From Candidatus Latescibacterota bacterium (GTDB taxonomy: Bacteria; Latescibacterota; UBA2968; UBA8231): a stretch of DNA of 64,000 nucleotides. Below, piece after piece: positions 29,666 through 39,795 of this stretch (positions within the stretch are counted from its first letter, which is position 1; every line of letters starts with the position of its first letter). The notes under the pieces were generated by a model. That model was not told where the DNA came from. It was given only the letters and a program-made list of their open reading frames with translations, and ran no database searches. Made by a program: the position numbers and the translations under genes. The stretch lies in assembly GCA_965261395.1 (NCBI GenBank), contig OZ253462.1:6080001-6144000 (forward strand), written 5' to 3'.

Positions 29666-31672
29666 CTAATACGCCACTGCTACGGAGCGAAACGCCGTGT
29701 CCGTATCGCGATCCGCGTCGACAGCCAGACGGAGGATATAGAGGCCCGGCGGCAGCACCTGCCCATCGCCATCGGTGCCGGGCCACGAGAAATGAATCCG
29801 GCCGCTGGTTATCTGGGTTTGCTGCAACACCCCGATGCGCGCTCCCGCCAGCCCGTAGAGTTCGAGCCGGGCGATGCCAGCGCCGGCACTATCGACATTG
29901 ATGAGGTCGTACTCGATCAGCAACTCGTCATTGGCCAGATCTCCATTTGGCGTTACCACCCGAGAAGACAGCTCGAAGCGCCCTATGGACTGCTTGCCCG
30001 TTTGTTGCAGAGCCACACTGAGCCTGTTGTTATCCACCAGATCGTCGGCATTGCCCGGCGTCACTGGTTGGCGCACTTCGTAGGGCCGTTCGCTGTCCCA
30101 GACCGCACCGGGAAATACCGTGCCAAAACGGAACACCTCTGCCTCGAAAACGACTTCGATCAACTCCCCCGAACGGTCGTCGCCGATGCGGGGAATCCGC
30201 ACTTCCAGACCGGTGGCGTCCACTCGCAGGACCGCCCACTCCACTTCGGCACCGCTAATGGACACGGATTCGATCCGCGGCTCGATGGGCGTGCGGATTT
30301 CAATAGTGTCGAAACCCGACTCCCCCAGTTGGATCTGGGGCAATATCTTGTAAATAAACCGCGTCGGCTCGCCAGCGCCGACGACAGCGGGTGCTATTTC
30401 GGCCACGACTCCTGCTGCCATGGGCGGTTGCGTAACGGCGAATTGGAGATAGTCGAGCCGGCTGTTTTCCTCTCCTAACAGCGAGTGGAAGTCGGCCTTG
30501 AACTGGAGGAACTGACGGGATTTGAGACGGCTGATCTCGGCACGGCCATCCCCATAAGAAAAAAAAGGTGGCCACAGTTCCCAATTCTGTTCGTCGGGGG
30601 TTATGCCCGCCTTCTCTCCCCCTTCCAACTTGGCGTAGGCGGTGCGACTGAGGGGTTGGCCATTGGCATCGAAACGAGACCTTTCATCCCCTCTGAAGGT
30701 AAAACGCCAGTACGTATTGGGATCGGACGTGTCGCCACCGCGGGCAGTCAGGTCGATGCGCCCTGTCGGTGATTGGTTGCCGGACCAAGTCAATTCTCCC
30801 AGCACGGCCGGGCCGCCCAAATCGATAATACTCGAAATGTAGCTGGCAAAGGGAGCCGACCCCGTGCCAAAAATCTGCAACTCGGCGATTTCCCATTTGC
30901 CCTGAGGAGCCTCGAATATGAGGATTTGCACGGGCTCGAGAGGCAATTGAAAGTCCAGGACCGCGTTCGTGTTCTCCAGGCGCTCGACAACGACATCCCA
31001 GTCGACGAAGGCTTTGCCGCGCCAGGTCAACTTGATCTCCCGCTCTCCGTCTTTGAGCGCATCCCCGTCGTTTGTGCCCAACCGGAAGGACCGCGGAAAA
31101 AAGGTATCGCCTCGTCTCGGAGTGCCAAAAAATCGAACCCGGTCGATGATAAACGCCCCGCCCAAATCGAATTTGAAATACCTGCATTGCGCAATGGGAT
31201 CGCCCCCGAGGGCATCCATGATGCCTCCTCTCCCCAGGGTGCCATTAGCACAGCGCAGACTGCCCCCCGTATCCCCTGAAAAGGCCGTAGTCTCGTCGTC
31301 GTCAAAGAGAAAATCTAGCTGCGCCTCGTCTTTCCAGCCGTAGCCGTCGTTGATCTTGATGGACCCCCCTCGCTCGCGGATCAACGGCGTGAGATTGATC
31401 TCTTTGTCCAGAGTCTGGGGCCGAATATGACCCGGTTCTAGGTCGAGCAGGTTGACGTTGCCAAAGTCGTCATCCTCGAAAGACATCCAAGACCGCTGCT
31501 CGAAGCGGAAAGATTCGGGTGGAACGCCGAAATCGGCCGCCTCGGGCGCGGGCAGATCTTCGCCGCCGATCCGGTAAACCGTCAATGCCCCGCTGTCTTG
31601 GTGCCCCCAAAGGGCGAGACAGAATCCAAAACACAGCAGAGACGCCAGGCGGCCTATTTGGACCAATGGCAT
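29666..31672 (-). CDS. Exported protein with discoidin-like domain and C-terminal FlgD-Ig/CHU_C-like domain
   Basis: Signal peptide; 'LFDDDETTAF...FDLGG..IDRVRF'; tail 'VTPNGDLAND...WPGTD...PGLY...VAVAY'. Confidence 0.75.
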   Translation of the reverse strand: MPLVQIGRLASLLCFGFCLALWGHQDSGALTVYRIGGEDLPAPEAADFGVPPESFRFEQRSWMSFEDDDFGNVNLLDLEPGHIRPQTLDKEINLTPLIRERGGSIKINDGYGWKDEAQLDFLFDDDETTAFSGDTGGSLRCANGTLGRGGIMDALGGDPIAQCRYFKFDLGGAFIIDRVRFFGTPRRGDTFFPRSFRLGTNDGDALKDGEREIKLTWRGKAFVDWDVVVERLENTNAVLDFQLPLEPVQILIFEAPQGKWEIAELQIFGTGSAPFASYISSIIDLGGPAVLGELTWSGNQSPTGRIDLTARGGDTSDPNTYWRFTFRGDERSRFDANGQPLSRTAYAKLEGGEKAGITPDEQNWELWPPFFSYGDGRAEISRLKSRQFLQFKADFHSLLGEENSRLDYLQFAVTQPPMAAGVVAEIAPAVVGAGEPTRFIYKILPQIQLGESGFDTIEIRTPIEPRIESVSISGAEVEWAVLRVDATGLEVRIPRIGDDRSGELIEVVFEAEVFRFGTVFPGAVWDSERPYEVRQPVTPGNADDLVDNNRLSVALQQTGKQSIGRFELSSRVVTPNGDLANDELLIEYDLINVDSAGAGIARLELYGLAGARIGVLQQTQITSGRIHFSWPGTDGDGQVLPPGLYILRLAVDADRDTDTAFRSVAVAY

Positions 31673-31729
31673 TATTCGCTCCTCTTTTTCAGGGGTGCTA
31701 CACTTATAATATACTAAAGTACTGTCGAC

Positions 31730-34672
31730 TCAACTCAGACCCGCCAGGATGGAGACGAAGAACAGACCCGAGGCCTTCTGCTGGCGTTTGCCGCCGACCT
31801 TTTCTAGGGATCTCCGATCGTAGCGCATGCCCACCTCCGTGATCAATTTGTAGCCCAAATAGGTACTTGGATTCGTGAGTTGGAGCGCCAGCACCGTACC
31901 GCGAAAATCGCCGCTGAGCTGTCCGACTTGCAGATTTTCTTCCGAGTTTAGGACATTGTAGAAGAACCGCTGTTCCAAACCGCCTTCGATCCTGGTCGTG
32001 CGCAGGACGCGAAAGTGGATCTGCAAAAAGAAAAGCGCGTCCCAGGTGCGGCGTTTGTCCAGGGTCCGGTCGAAGGGGGTCTGGCTGAGGAACTCGCTTT
32101 TCGCTTTGGGAGAGATGGTCAAACCCCGCCACGAATACTGGTATTCCACCTTGTCGATTAAGCCCGAAAATCCCGAGGACCGGCGACCGTTGCGGCCTTG
32201 TGGACCGAGGGGGTCGTAGATAGCGACGGGTTCGCCGCCGGTGCCCGCCTGACGGCCCTCGTCATCGACGAGCAAGCGATTGCCCGTATTGCGCTGACGC
32301 CAGGTTTCCCATTTAAACCGGTGAAAGGTACTCCACTGGTTCGGACTGGCGTATTTCCAGTCCGCATAGAAGGTGTTGATCCACGTATCTGCGGCCCCTA
32401 AGCGATCTAGAATTTGGACATGGCGCCCACTGTCGACTCCCGGATCGCCAAATTCGGGCGTGGATACGATCCACTGCGACAAGGGGTCGGGGATATCGTC
32501 CTTAGCCAATCTCAACATATCGAAGAGGCGCAGGCGGCCCTTGCCCGGCAGATCCTCGACCACGGTTAGGAGGCCATAGGTCGTCAGATTCTCCTCGCTC
32601 GTCTCGCGTTTTTCTTGCCGCAGCTGTCCGAGAGTCAGCTTGGCTTGCGGACCGAGTTGGAGGCTACTGTAGGCATTGTAGCCCCAGTGATCTTTTTTGT
32701 ACGGGTAATCGGGCAAATCGTCGTTCTCGAAGCGATCGACCCAGTTGTTGTTGTTCAGATCCATACCAAAGAGAAACTCGGGCCGGTCGGAGTGGTAGCG
32801 CAAAAACGGTTCGTCATAATCGGGCAGCAGGTTGCGGCGGATGGGATTGTGGTTCTGGTTGAAATCAGAGATAAAATCTCCGTTTTCGTCATAACCCGGG
32901 AAGACTTCTGGGTCGGCGACTCCGGTCTGGTCGATGTCAAAATCGCCTACTTGTGGCGGCACCAGACTACCCTGATTGGCGCGCTTTTGATCGGGTTGGC
33001 GATCCTGGTCGTCGTTGTCTTCGACAAAATCGTAGAGAACCTCGGTGGCTTCGGGGGCGTAGTTGGCAACTCCAGATGGGGGCACGGGACGAACGCTGGT
33101 GGAATAGGAGTCGTCCATGCCAAAGCCTTCCAAGAATGCCGACCAAGGGTAGCTTTGCCAAGAGAGATTAGCCAGCCAGCCCAGCGACCTTTTGTCACCT
33201 GCAATGCCCGCAATTGCGCGGTGATGCTTTTTCTGCCGATTCGGGTATTTCCGATAGCTGGAATTGATATTTACTTCCCCGTAGAAATCGAAACCGCGCA
33301 TATTGCGCCATTCGGCGCTGAGGCCGTACAGCAGATTAGCCGTGGGCAGGCCATAGTCGAAAACCACCTGGCGGCTGTTGGTTTCATTCTTGATATTGCC
33401 TTCGGCTCTGGTGACCGGCAGGAATTGGGGCACGCCAAAGCGGTTGGTCTGCCGATCCGAACTCATTTCCACGCGGTAGTCGTTGGCCAATACTAGGCGA
33501 AAGCGCACATTTTCGATCGCCTGGATTACATCTTGGGCCTCTGCCAGGCTCAGATTCAGTCGCTGCTGCAGCAACAGCCGCAAGGAGCCTGCTTCGCTCT
33601 CTCCCTGTGCAGGAGCCAAGACGTAATTCAATACAATGCTCTCGGCCCCGTCGGCCACGAGCAGACCGTTCCTCACCGAACCACCCTGAATTTGGCTGGC
33701 GTCGAAGCCAAAAGCACTGCCGACAATGAGGGTGTCCCGCTCCACTAATACCGCTGGATCCGCAGGGGAAGGACGTTTGAGCTTGGTTTTTATCTCGATG
33801 TCCCTAGCGATGAGGATGGCCCCTGCCTCGCCGTCTTCTGGCGAGTCATCGCTGAGCCGCACTAGGACCGAGCGCAGTGCGTCCTTGAGCTGGCCCGTCG
33901 ATAGCTCGCCCTTGAAGGGGTTGCCCGCGAAACTTTCCCGACTGCCATTAGAAGTGTGGGAATTGACCAGATTCAGTCCTATGGTCAAGCCCGTGAACAG
34001 ATCCACTTCGGTGCGGCCCGCTACCAGATTGGTGGAGTTGACTCTGGGATCGACCAGGCCCACGGTCTCTAGCAGCACCGGTCCCGAGATGCGGGAAAAG
34101 AGTCCTGTGAGGCGCAGGCGATTAGTCGCCAAGTTGGCCATGATCCCATTGAAGCCGGCCTTTCTGAACGTCATCGGCGTCAGTGTAGTATTGAGTTCGT
34201 CGCCGACGAGGATCGAGAAGCTGTAATCTCCCTTGCTGTCGACGGCCAGCAGTTGCCTGTTGAACCATCGCATGTACTGGCTCGCCTTGAATATCTGAGA
34301 GCTTTCGGCGATGCGCGGCTGCACCTGACGCCAGTCGTAAATGAGCCAGCCGCGCGTGATTAGGCTGCCAAAGCCATCGTAGAACAGATTTCCTTCCAAG
34401 CTGGAACTGACGTAGCGCAGAAAGGGATCCCGGGCGTAGTTGGTGTATTCCCATTGGTGGTGGTGGTTTTCGGAGAATAAACTGGTCGGTAAATACCAGC
34501 GCTGTACTGTGGGCTCTAGGGCTGCGGTATAAATCGGCACGCCGCGGGTGGAATAGACGACATGGTCGCCGACTCGTTCGCCTAGCCGATAGCCGTACTC
34601 CGGCTGGGCAGAGGCGGCACCGGCCAGTCCTACGACCGTCCCTGCCCAGAGGCTCCAGGCGCGCGAATTCAT
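31730..34672 (-). CDS. Hypothetical exported protein, putative outer-membrane beta-rich protein (980 aa)
   Basis: Signal peptide ending ASA; alternating aromatic/hydrophobic strands; acidic DxDxD-like motifs; paralog of 34675-37488. Confidence 0.6.
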   Translation of the reverse strand: MNSRAWSLWAGTVVGLAGAASAQPEYGYRLGERVGDHVVYSTRGVPIYTAALEPTVQRWYLPTSLFSENHHHQWEYTNYARDPFLRYVSSSLEGNLFYDGFGSLITRGWLIYDWRQVQPRIAESSQIFKASQYMRWFNRQLLAVDSKGDYSFSILVGDELNTTLTPMTFRKAGFNGIMANLATNRLRLTGLFSRISGPVLLETVGLVDPRVNSTNLVAGRTEVDLFTGLTIGLNLVNSHTSNGSRESFAGNPFKGELSTGQLKDALRSVLVRLSDDSPEDGEAGAILIARDIEIKTKLKRPSPADPAVLVERDTLIVGSAFGFDASQIQGGSVRNGLLVADGAESIVLNYVLAPAQGESEAGSLRLLLQQRLNLSLAEAQDVIQAIENVRFRLVLANDYRVEMSSDRQTNRFGVPQFLPVTRAEGNIKNETNSRQVVFDYGLPTANLLYGLSAEWRNMRGFDFYGEVNINSSYRKYPNRQKKHHRAIAGIAGDKRSLGWLANLSWQSYPWSAFLEGFGMDDSYSTSVRPVPPSGVANYAPEATEVLYDFVEDNDDQDRQPDQKRANQGSLVPPQVGDFDIDQTGVADPEVFPGYDENGDFISDFNQNHNPIRRNLLPDYDEPFLRYHSDRPEFLFGMDLNNNNWVDRFENDDLPDYPYKKDHWGYNAYSSLQLGPQAKLTLGQLRQEKRETSEENLTTYGLLTVVEDLPGKGRLRLFDMLRLAKDDIPDPLSQWIVSTPEFGDPGVDSGRHVQILDRLGAADTWINTFYADWKYASPNQWSTFHRFKWETWRQRNTGNRLLVDDEGRQAGTGGEPVAIYDPLGPQGRNGRRSSGFSGLIDKVEYQYSWRGLTISPKAKSEFLSQTPFDRTLDKRRTWDALFFLQIHFRVLRTTRIEGGLEQRFFYNVLNSEENLQVGQLSGDFRGTVLALQLTNPSTYLGYKLITEVGMRYDRRSLEKVGGKRQQKASGLFFVSILAGLS

Positions 34673-34674
34673 CT

Positions 34675-37488
34675 TTACTCGACCCCTGCAAAAACCGTGA
34701 TAAAACTGGTCGTTTCCGAGCGCCCTTTACTCCCTTTCTCAAAGACGCCCGGCGCAGCTTCGCGAATGCGCTCCGTGCCGATGTGCCCGACCCGCAACCC
34801 GACCTGGGTGGTGAGGATATACCCGAGGTATCCCGAGGTGACCGACAGTTGGACGGCGACCTGAGTCGAAGTCAGATCTCCAGTCTCTGCCGCGACTCCT
34901 CTGGCGAGCATGTCGTCTTCGTCGGCGACCAGATCGCGCAAGCGCAACAACTCGAGTCCCGCTTCGATTCTGGTATTGGGTGTCAGCCGCGTCTGAGCCA
35001 ACACTTGGGCGATCCCGGCCCAGTGTTGGCGGGGCTCCTCTTCCTGCAAGAATTCGCTCCGCTGGAAGTACTCGCTCTTTAGACCGGGTCGCAGCAAAAA
35101 GGGACCCCATTCCGCGGTATAAGACGCTTTGTTGATCATACCGAAAAAACTGGTAAGATCGCGGAGGGGCCGTTCATTGAGGTCTCTTGGATCGTCTAGC
35201 ACTTGATGGTAGAAGTCGCATTTCAGCTTAGAGGTTAATTCGAGGCCCGGCACTCCGAGATGATCGACGGCGATGAACGACGAGTTGACCCAGGTATCCG
35301 CGGCCGGCAAAATATCCGGCACCAGCGGTCGGGCCGGGGCCGTTAAGTACGGCGATGGCGCCCGGCGATCGTCCGGGATGGTATCTTTCACCCGCTTGAG
35401 CATTTCGAAAACCCGCACGCGGCCAAAACCCGCCCAGTTGCGGTCAAAGGTGAATAATCCATAGGTGGATTCGTTTTCTCGCTGCTGGGAAAACATGCGC
35501 TCGTCCACCCGTCCCAGCAAAAGACGCACATCCGGAGCGACGTCGAGTCCCACAAAAGCATTGTAGCCGCGGCGATCGGCCTTGTAGAGATAGTCCGGCA
35601 GCACATCGTCTTCAAAGCGGTCGATCCAGTCGTTGTTGTTGAGATCGATGCCGAAGAGAAACTCCGGACGGTCCACCGCGAATCTCAGAAAAGGTTCTTC
35701 GTAATCGGGCAAGCTATTGGGAATGGTGGCGTTGTCGTTCTGATTGAAGTCGGAGATGAAGTCGTTATTTTCATCCCAGCCGGGAAAAACAATATTATCG
35801 CCGACTGATTGCCCCCGGCGCACCCAATCGGGTAAACGGTCTTGATCGTCGTTGTCGTCGACGAATTCGTAGAAGGCGGTCGTGGGCGAATCGTAGAGAA
35901 TGTCACCGGAGTTGTCGACGACAAATGCCGCCGTCGTCGAATAGTCTTCGGCGATGGAATAGCCCTCGAAAAGACCGAACCACGGGTATTGCTGTCTGGA
36001 TAGGTTGAAAAAATAGGCATCGGCGTGCAGCGAAGAGATTTCGTGATTGCCGCTAGCCGAAAAAGTGGCGGGATTGGGATACTGAAAAAAGCGCAGATTG
36101 CGGTCCCACTCCCCGTTGAAATCAAAGCCAAATACATCTTTGCCCTCGATGGTGAAACCGCCAACCATATTGGCCGTTGGCAAACCGTATTCATACCGCA
36201 CCCGTTGCAAGTTCGATATATCTCGCACATTGCCCTCCGCCCGCCGCAGCGCAATCAGGGCGGGTTCACTTTCCTCGATGACTTGGCTGGTGATGGGCGG
36301 TGCCGGGGTGGAGCGCCGGCCGGTCTGCTTGTTCGACCACATTTCCACTTTGAAGTCATTGGCTAATACGTAGTCGAATTCGACCCTGACAATCGAGAGC
36401 GGATCAGGACCGACGTAGGCCGGGCTGTTGAAATCGTAGTTCAAGACAATGCGCTCGTCGCCGTCGGCGGCCGTGAAGCCCTCTTTGGGAAACCCGCCAA
36501 AAATGACCGGCCACTCGAGCCCCTCGCGCACCACTTGCTGGAGCGTGAAGACCGTCTCTAGCTCCGTATCGAAATTGCGGGCGGTGATGCGAATGTCGTG
36601 GCTGAAAAGGGCGGCTCCTCCGACCCCGTCTTCTGGTGAATCGTCGCTCAGCACCATGGCGATGGCGGTGACCGGTGTTGAAGACTGGCCGGCCGTCAGG
36701 CTGCCGGCGATCAGATCGCCGCTGAATACGTCCAATCCGGTATTGGCGTTGCGGGCGTCCACCAAGGTGCCGCCGAGGGTGATGAAGTCGCCCACTTGCA
36801 CGGTCGCCCGTCCGCCAATGAGACTGGTGGAATTGGAGACTCTAGCAGGCTGTAGGGTCACGCCCGTAGCCGGATCACTTATGCGCGAGGCAAGGATGGT
36901 GGCCTGGTATTTATCTGCCGCGAAGTCCATCTGTAGCCCATTAAAACGAGGCTTGGAAAATGTCATGGGGGTGAGGGTGGTGCGGATCTCGTTGCCGACT
37001 GTGATCGCATAGGAAAACTGGCCCTTGGAATCGCTACTCACCGTGAGATTGTTGAACCAGTCGTTGAAGCGGCCATCCTTAAAGACGCTGCTGCCCAGGG
37101 CCTGGGGCTGGTCCTGGTGCCAGTCGTACACCAGCCATCCGCGCGTGACGTAATGGCCGTAGATATCGTAGAAGTAATTGCCTTCGAGCGCGGTATTAAC
37201 ATAGCGCTGGTAGGGCTGACGCGCGTAGTTGGAATATTCCCACTGACGCCACTGGTATTCGTTGTACAGTTCCTGCGGCACGTACCATTTGCGCACCGAC
37301 GGGTCGAGCGCCCCGAATAGGACCCCCGGGCCGCGGGGTTCAAAGCTCACCTCGCCGCCGCGCTGGGTCCCGAGGCGAGATCCGTAGTCCTGGGCCTCCG
37401 AGCGGCCAACACCGAGCAAAAGCGACAACAGCAGGAAGAATCCCCCCAGCTCATTGCGGTTTGTCCATAGGCCCAATGCAGATGACAT
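34675..37488 (-). CDS. Hypothetical exported protein, putative outer-membrane beta-rich protein (~937 aa)
   Basis: ATG 37488 after GAGGTG; signal peptide ending SEA; shares long conserved blocks with 31730-34672. Confidence 0.6.
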   Translation of the reverse strand: MSSALGLWTNRNELGGFFLLLSLLLGVGRSEAQDYGSRLGTQRGGEVSFEPRGPGVLFGALDPSVRKWYVPQELYNEYQWRQWEYSNYARQPYQRYVNTALEGNYFYDIYGHYVTRGWLVYDWHQDQPQALGSSVFKDGRFNDWFNNLTVSSDSKGQFSYAITVGNEIRTTLTPMTFSKPRFNGLQMDFAADKYQATILASRISDPATGVTLQPARVSNSTSLIGGRATVQVGDFITLGGTLVDARNANTGLDVFSGDLIAGSLTAGQSSTPVTAIAMVLSDDSPEDGVGGAALFSHDIRITARNFDTELETVFTLQQVVREGLEWPVIFGGFPKEGFTAADGDERIVLNYDFNSPAYVGPDPLSIVRVEFDYVLANDFKVEMWSNKQTGRRSTPAPPITSQVIEESEPALIALRRAEGNVRDISNLQRVRYEYGLPTANMVGGFTIEGKDVFGFDFNGEWDRNLRFFQYPNPATFSASGNHEISSLHADAYFFNLSRQQYPWFGLFEGYSIAEDYSTTAAFVVDNSGDILYDSPTTAFYEFVDDNDDQDRLPDWVRRGQSVGDNIVFPGWDENNDFISDFNQNDNATIPNSLPDYEEPFLRFAVDRPEFLFGIDLNNNDWIDRFEDDVLPDYLYKADRRGYNAFVGLDVAPDVRLLLGRVDERMFSQQRENESTYGLFTFDRNWAGFGRVRVFEMLKRVKDTIPDDRRAPSPYLTAPARPLVPDILPAADTWVNSSFIAVDHLGVPGLELTSKLKCDFYHQVLDDPRDLNERPLRDLTSFFGMINKASYTAEWGPFLLRPGLKSEYFQRSEFLQEEEPRQHWAGIAQVLAQTRLTPNTRIEAGLELLRLRDLVADEDDMLARGVAAETGDLTSTQVAVQLSVTSGYLGYILTTQVGLRVGHIGTERIREAAPGVFEKGSKGRSETTSFITVFAGVE

Positions 37489-37506
37489 GCTCACCTCGTA
37501 GGCTTT

Positions 37507-39750
37507 TTAATAGACAACGCCGACGGCACCGAGCCTGCGGTCAGCGCCGATATCGGCGTTCAACGTAACGGTGTATATGTAATGCCCCGGAGTCACGAGC
37601 CGACCCTCATCATCGGTGCCCTCCCAGGCAATGGCAAAACGCCCGCTGGTCTGTTTTTCCATTTGCAGAGACCTGATCGATCGGCCGGCCAAATCAAATA
37701 GTTCGATCTCCACGAGAACGGGACTAGCTATATTGGTGATATCGTAGTGAATAGAAGTGTGATCGTTGATTTGATCCCCATTGGGTGTAAATACGATTGG
37801 CTCTGCGCGCACATTGGTCAATAGATCGTTGCTTATGGCCACCTCTACGGTCAGATTGGTGGGAACAGGAGCGCCAATGCGGACTAGATCGGGATCTACT
37901 AGTGTCCCTCGTCCTAAATCCGCCGCATTGCCCGCGAGTATATTTTGTCCCACTGCGCCGACTTCGGTCTTGAACACTCGCGCCGAGAATACCGTGCCAA
38001 AACGCAAAACCGCTGTTGCGAATTCCAACTTGACGAGCGCATTATTTTCGTTCACTGGCGGCAAGTGCAAAAGTAGGCCATGGTCTGAGACGGCCAACAC
38101 CGCAAAGCCGCTGCCTGCTTCGACGGGGAGATCGTCCAATGAGCGCGCTGAAAAATCGGCCGATTCGATCTCGCCATCGGGCCCGTGGACCTCGACCATG
38201 CCAATGGACTCCACCTTAAGCGGCGTCTCGATCTCCAATTGGTCAAAACCGGCCGTCGTCTGGCCAATCTTCGCCAGGACGGCGTAGGTGAAAACAGTCG
38301 CTGCACCGACGTCGGCGTGCCGGGGAAACACTTCCCCGATGAGGGTATCGGCCAGAGCCGGCGTGGACAGATCAAAGGCTAAGGCCCCCAAGCCGGAGGC
38401 CGCGTCAAAGCCCCGGCTGGCAAACTCGACCATAAATTGAAAATAGCGGCGGGGACTGGGAGAGAGCATCGGCGTTCCCGACCCGGGTATTGCCAAGGCT
38501 TGGGCCTCGACCATACCGGCGGCCGAGTACGGGGGAGACCAAGGACTCCAGTTCGTCAGATCATCGCGAATCGGCCCCCGCTCTTGGATCTTGCCGTACT
38601 CGGCTTGCGAAATCTCGAGCTGTGCTCGCAGTTTTAGTGGCAGCCGGGTCCAGGCCAAAAGCGCCTCTTCTCCGCTCAGCAAATCGGCCTCTAGCTCGGT
38701 TTCGACCAAAGTTCTAAGTTCATCGTCCTCTACGTCTTGAGGGCGCTTCCAGGGTACTTTGACCCGAATTTCTTCCAGATTCGACACGCCCCCCACCGTG
38801 CGACTCACCTCGGCCAGTCCGATACTCTGGAGGCCGACTCGGGTGAACTCGACCGGCTCGGGATCCACACCCGTGCGCGTGCGAATTTGCATATCCGAGA
38901 GCACAAAGTCCCCGATGGCTTCTTGGGTCCAGCGCAAGTGGCCCAGCAAGGCCGGCTCGCCAAAATCGAATACATTGGACAGATAGGTCGCCTGCGGCAC
39001 AAACCCCTCGGCAAAAACCTGGAACTCGGCAATCTCGAAGTCGGCTGTCGTAAGCGATTTGAAGCGTATCTGGCGCACGAATTGGGTGGGGATGATCAGA
39101 TCGACGACCGCTTCCTCGTTCTGGCCTTCGAGGGCGATTGTCGTCCATATCGGTCGACCGTTGAGATAGGATTCGGGCCGGCCGTCATTGATAAAAATCT
39201 CGTACCCCTTGATAAAATCGTTCTGAAAGGGAAAGTCAGGTGCCGGCAGTTGGGGAGCGGCATTGCGGGGAAAAAATCGGATGCGATTGACGGCGAATAG
39301 TGCGTTGAGATCGAATTCTAAGATCAGACCGAGCGCACCGGCACTGGAGGCGCTGGAAGTAGCTCTTACTTCCAACGCTGTTTGACCGTCGGCGTCGATC
39401 AATTTTTTATAATCGTCTTTGAAGCTGACTTGGGCACTGGGGATGGGACTGCTGATCGAGCCGCCGCGCTCTTTGCTGGTGAGGCCGATGAGAATGTTGT
39501 CGGTCGTGTCGACCCTTTGCGGAAAAATCCACCCGGGGAAATCAATGGACTCGAAGTCGATCACTCCACCGGGGGTATTGGTCTGATTGACGGTGGACTC
39601 ATCCAAGATCGCAGTCGGCGCAATGGTCCCACCCCCTTCTCGCCACGGCAATGATCCACTGCTGCCAACGAGGACGATTTCTTCGACCGCGTTCCCGATA
39701 TTTGCCGCGCTCAGCCAAGAAATCACGAGCAGGGGGATTCTCTTTTTCAC
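37507..39750 (-). CDS. Exported protein with discoidin-like domain and C-terminal FlgD-Ig/CHU_C-like domain
   Basis: Signal peptide; 'EFDLNALFAVNRIRFFP'; 'WSPWSPPY...SPSPRRYFQF'; tail 'VFTPNGDQIND...FDLAGR...WEGTD...PGHY...VGVVY'. Confidence 0.75.
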   Translation of the reverse strand: MKKRIPLLVISWLSAANIGNAVEEIVLVGSSGSLPWREGGGTIAPTAILDESTVNQTNTPGGVIDFESIDFPGWIFPQRVDTTDNILIGLTSKERGGSISSPIPSAQVSFKDDYKKLIDADGQTALEVRATSSASSAGALGLILEFDLNALFAVNRIRFFPRNAAPQLPAPDFPFQNDFIKGYEIFINDGRPESYLNGRPIWTTIALEGQNEEAVVDLIIPTQFVRQIRFKSLTTADFEIAEFQVFAEGFVPQATYLSNVFDFGEPALLGHLRWTQEAIGDFVLSDMQIRTRTGVDPEPVEFTRVGLQSIGLAEVSRTVGGVSNLEEIRVKVPWKRPQDVEDDELRTLVETELEADLLSGEEALLAWTRLPLKLRAQLEISQAEYGKIQERGPIRDDLTNWSPWSPPYSAAGMVEAQALAIPGSGTPMLSPSPRRYFQFMVEFASRGFDAASGLGALAFDLSTPALADTLIGEVFPRHADVGAATVFTYAVLAKIGQTTAGFDQLEIETPLKVESIGMVEVHGPDGEIESADFSARSLDDLPVEAGSGFAVLAVSDHGLLLHLPPVNENNALVKLEFATAVLRFGTVFSARVFKTEVGAVGQNILAGNAADLGRGTLVDPDLVRIGAPVPTNLTVEVAISNDLLTNVRAEPIVFTPNGDQINDHTSIHYDITNIASPVLVEIELFDLAGRSIRSLQMEKQTSGRFAIAWEGTDDEGRLVTPGHYIYTVTLNADIGADRRLGAVGVVY

Positions 39751-39795
39751 GTCAGTCCCTTTTCAGTGAAACTAACCGAGAACGCGGCCACAAAT

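Noticed and set aside
26855-39750. Calling the operon a canonical T9SS, flagellar (FlgD) or SusCD locus
   Set aside because: No GldKLMN/SprA/PorV, flagellar genes, TonB box/plug or SusD features are recognisable in the window; only the CTD resemblance is supported.
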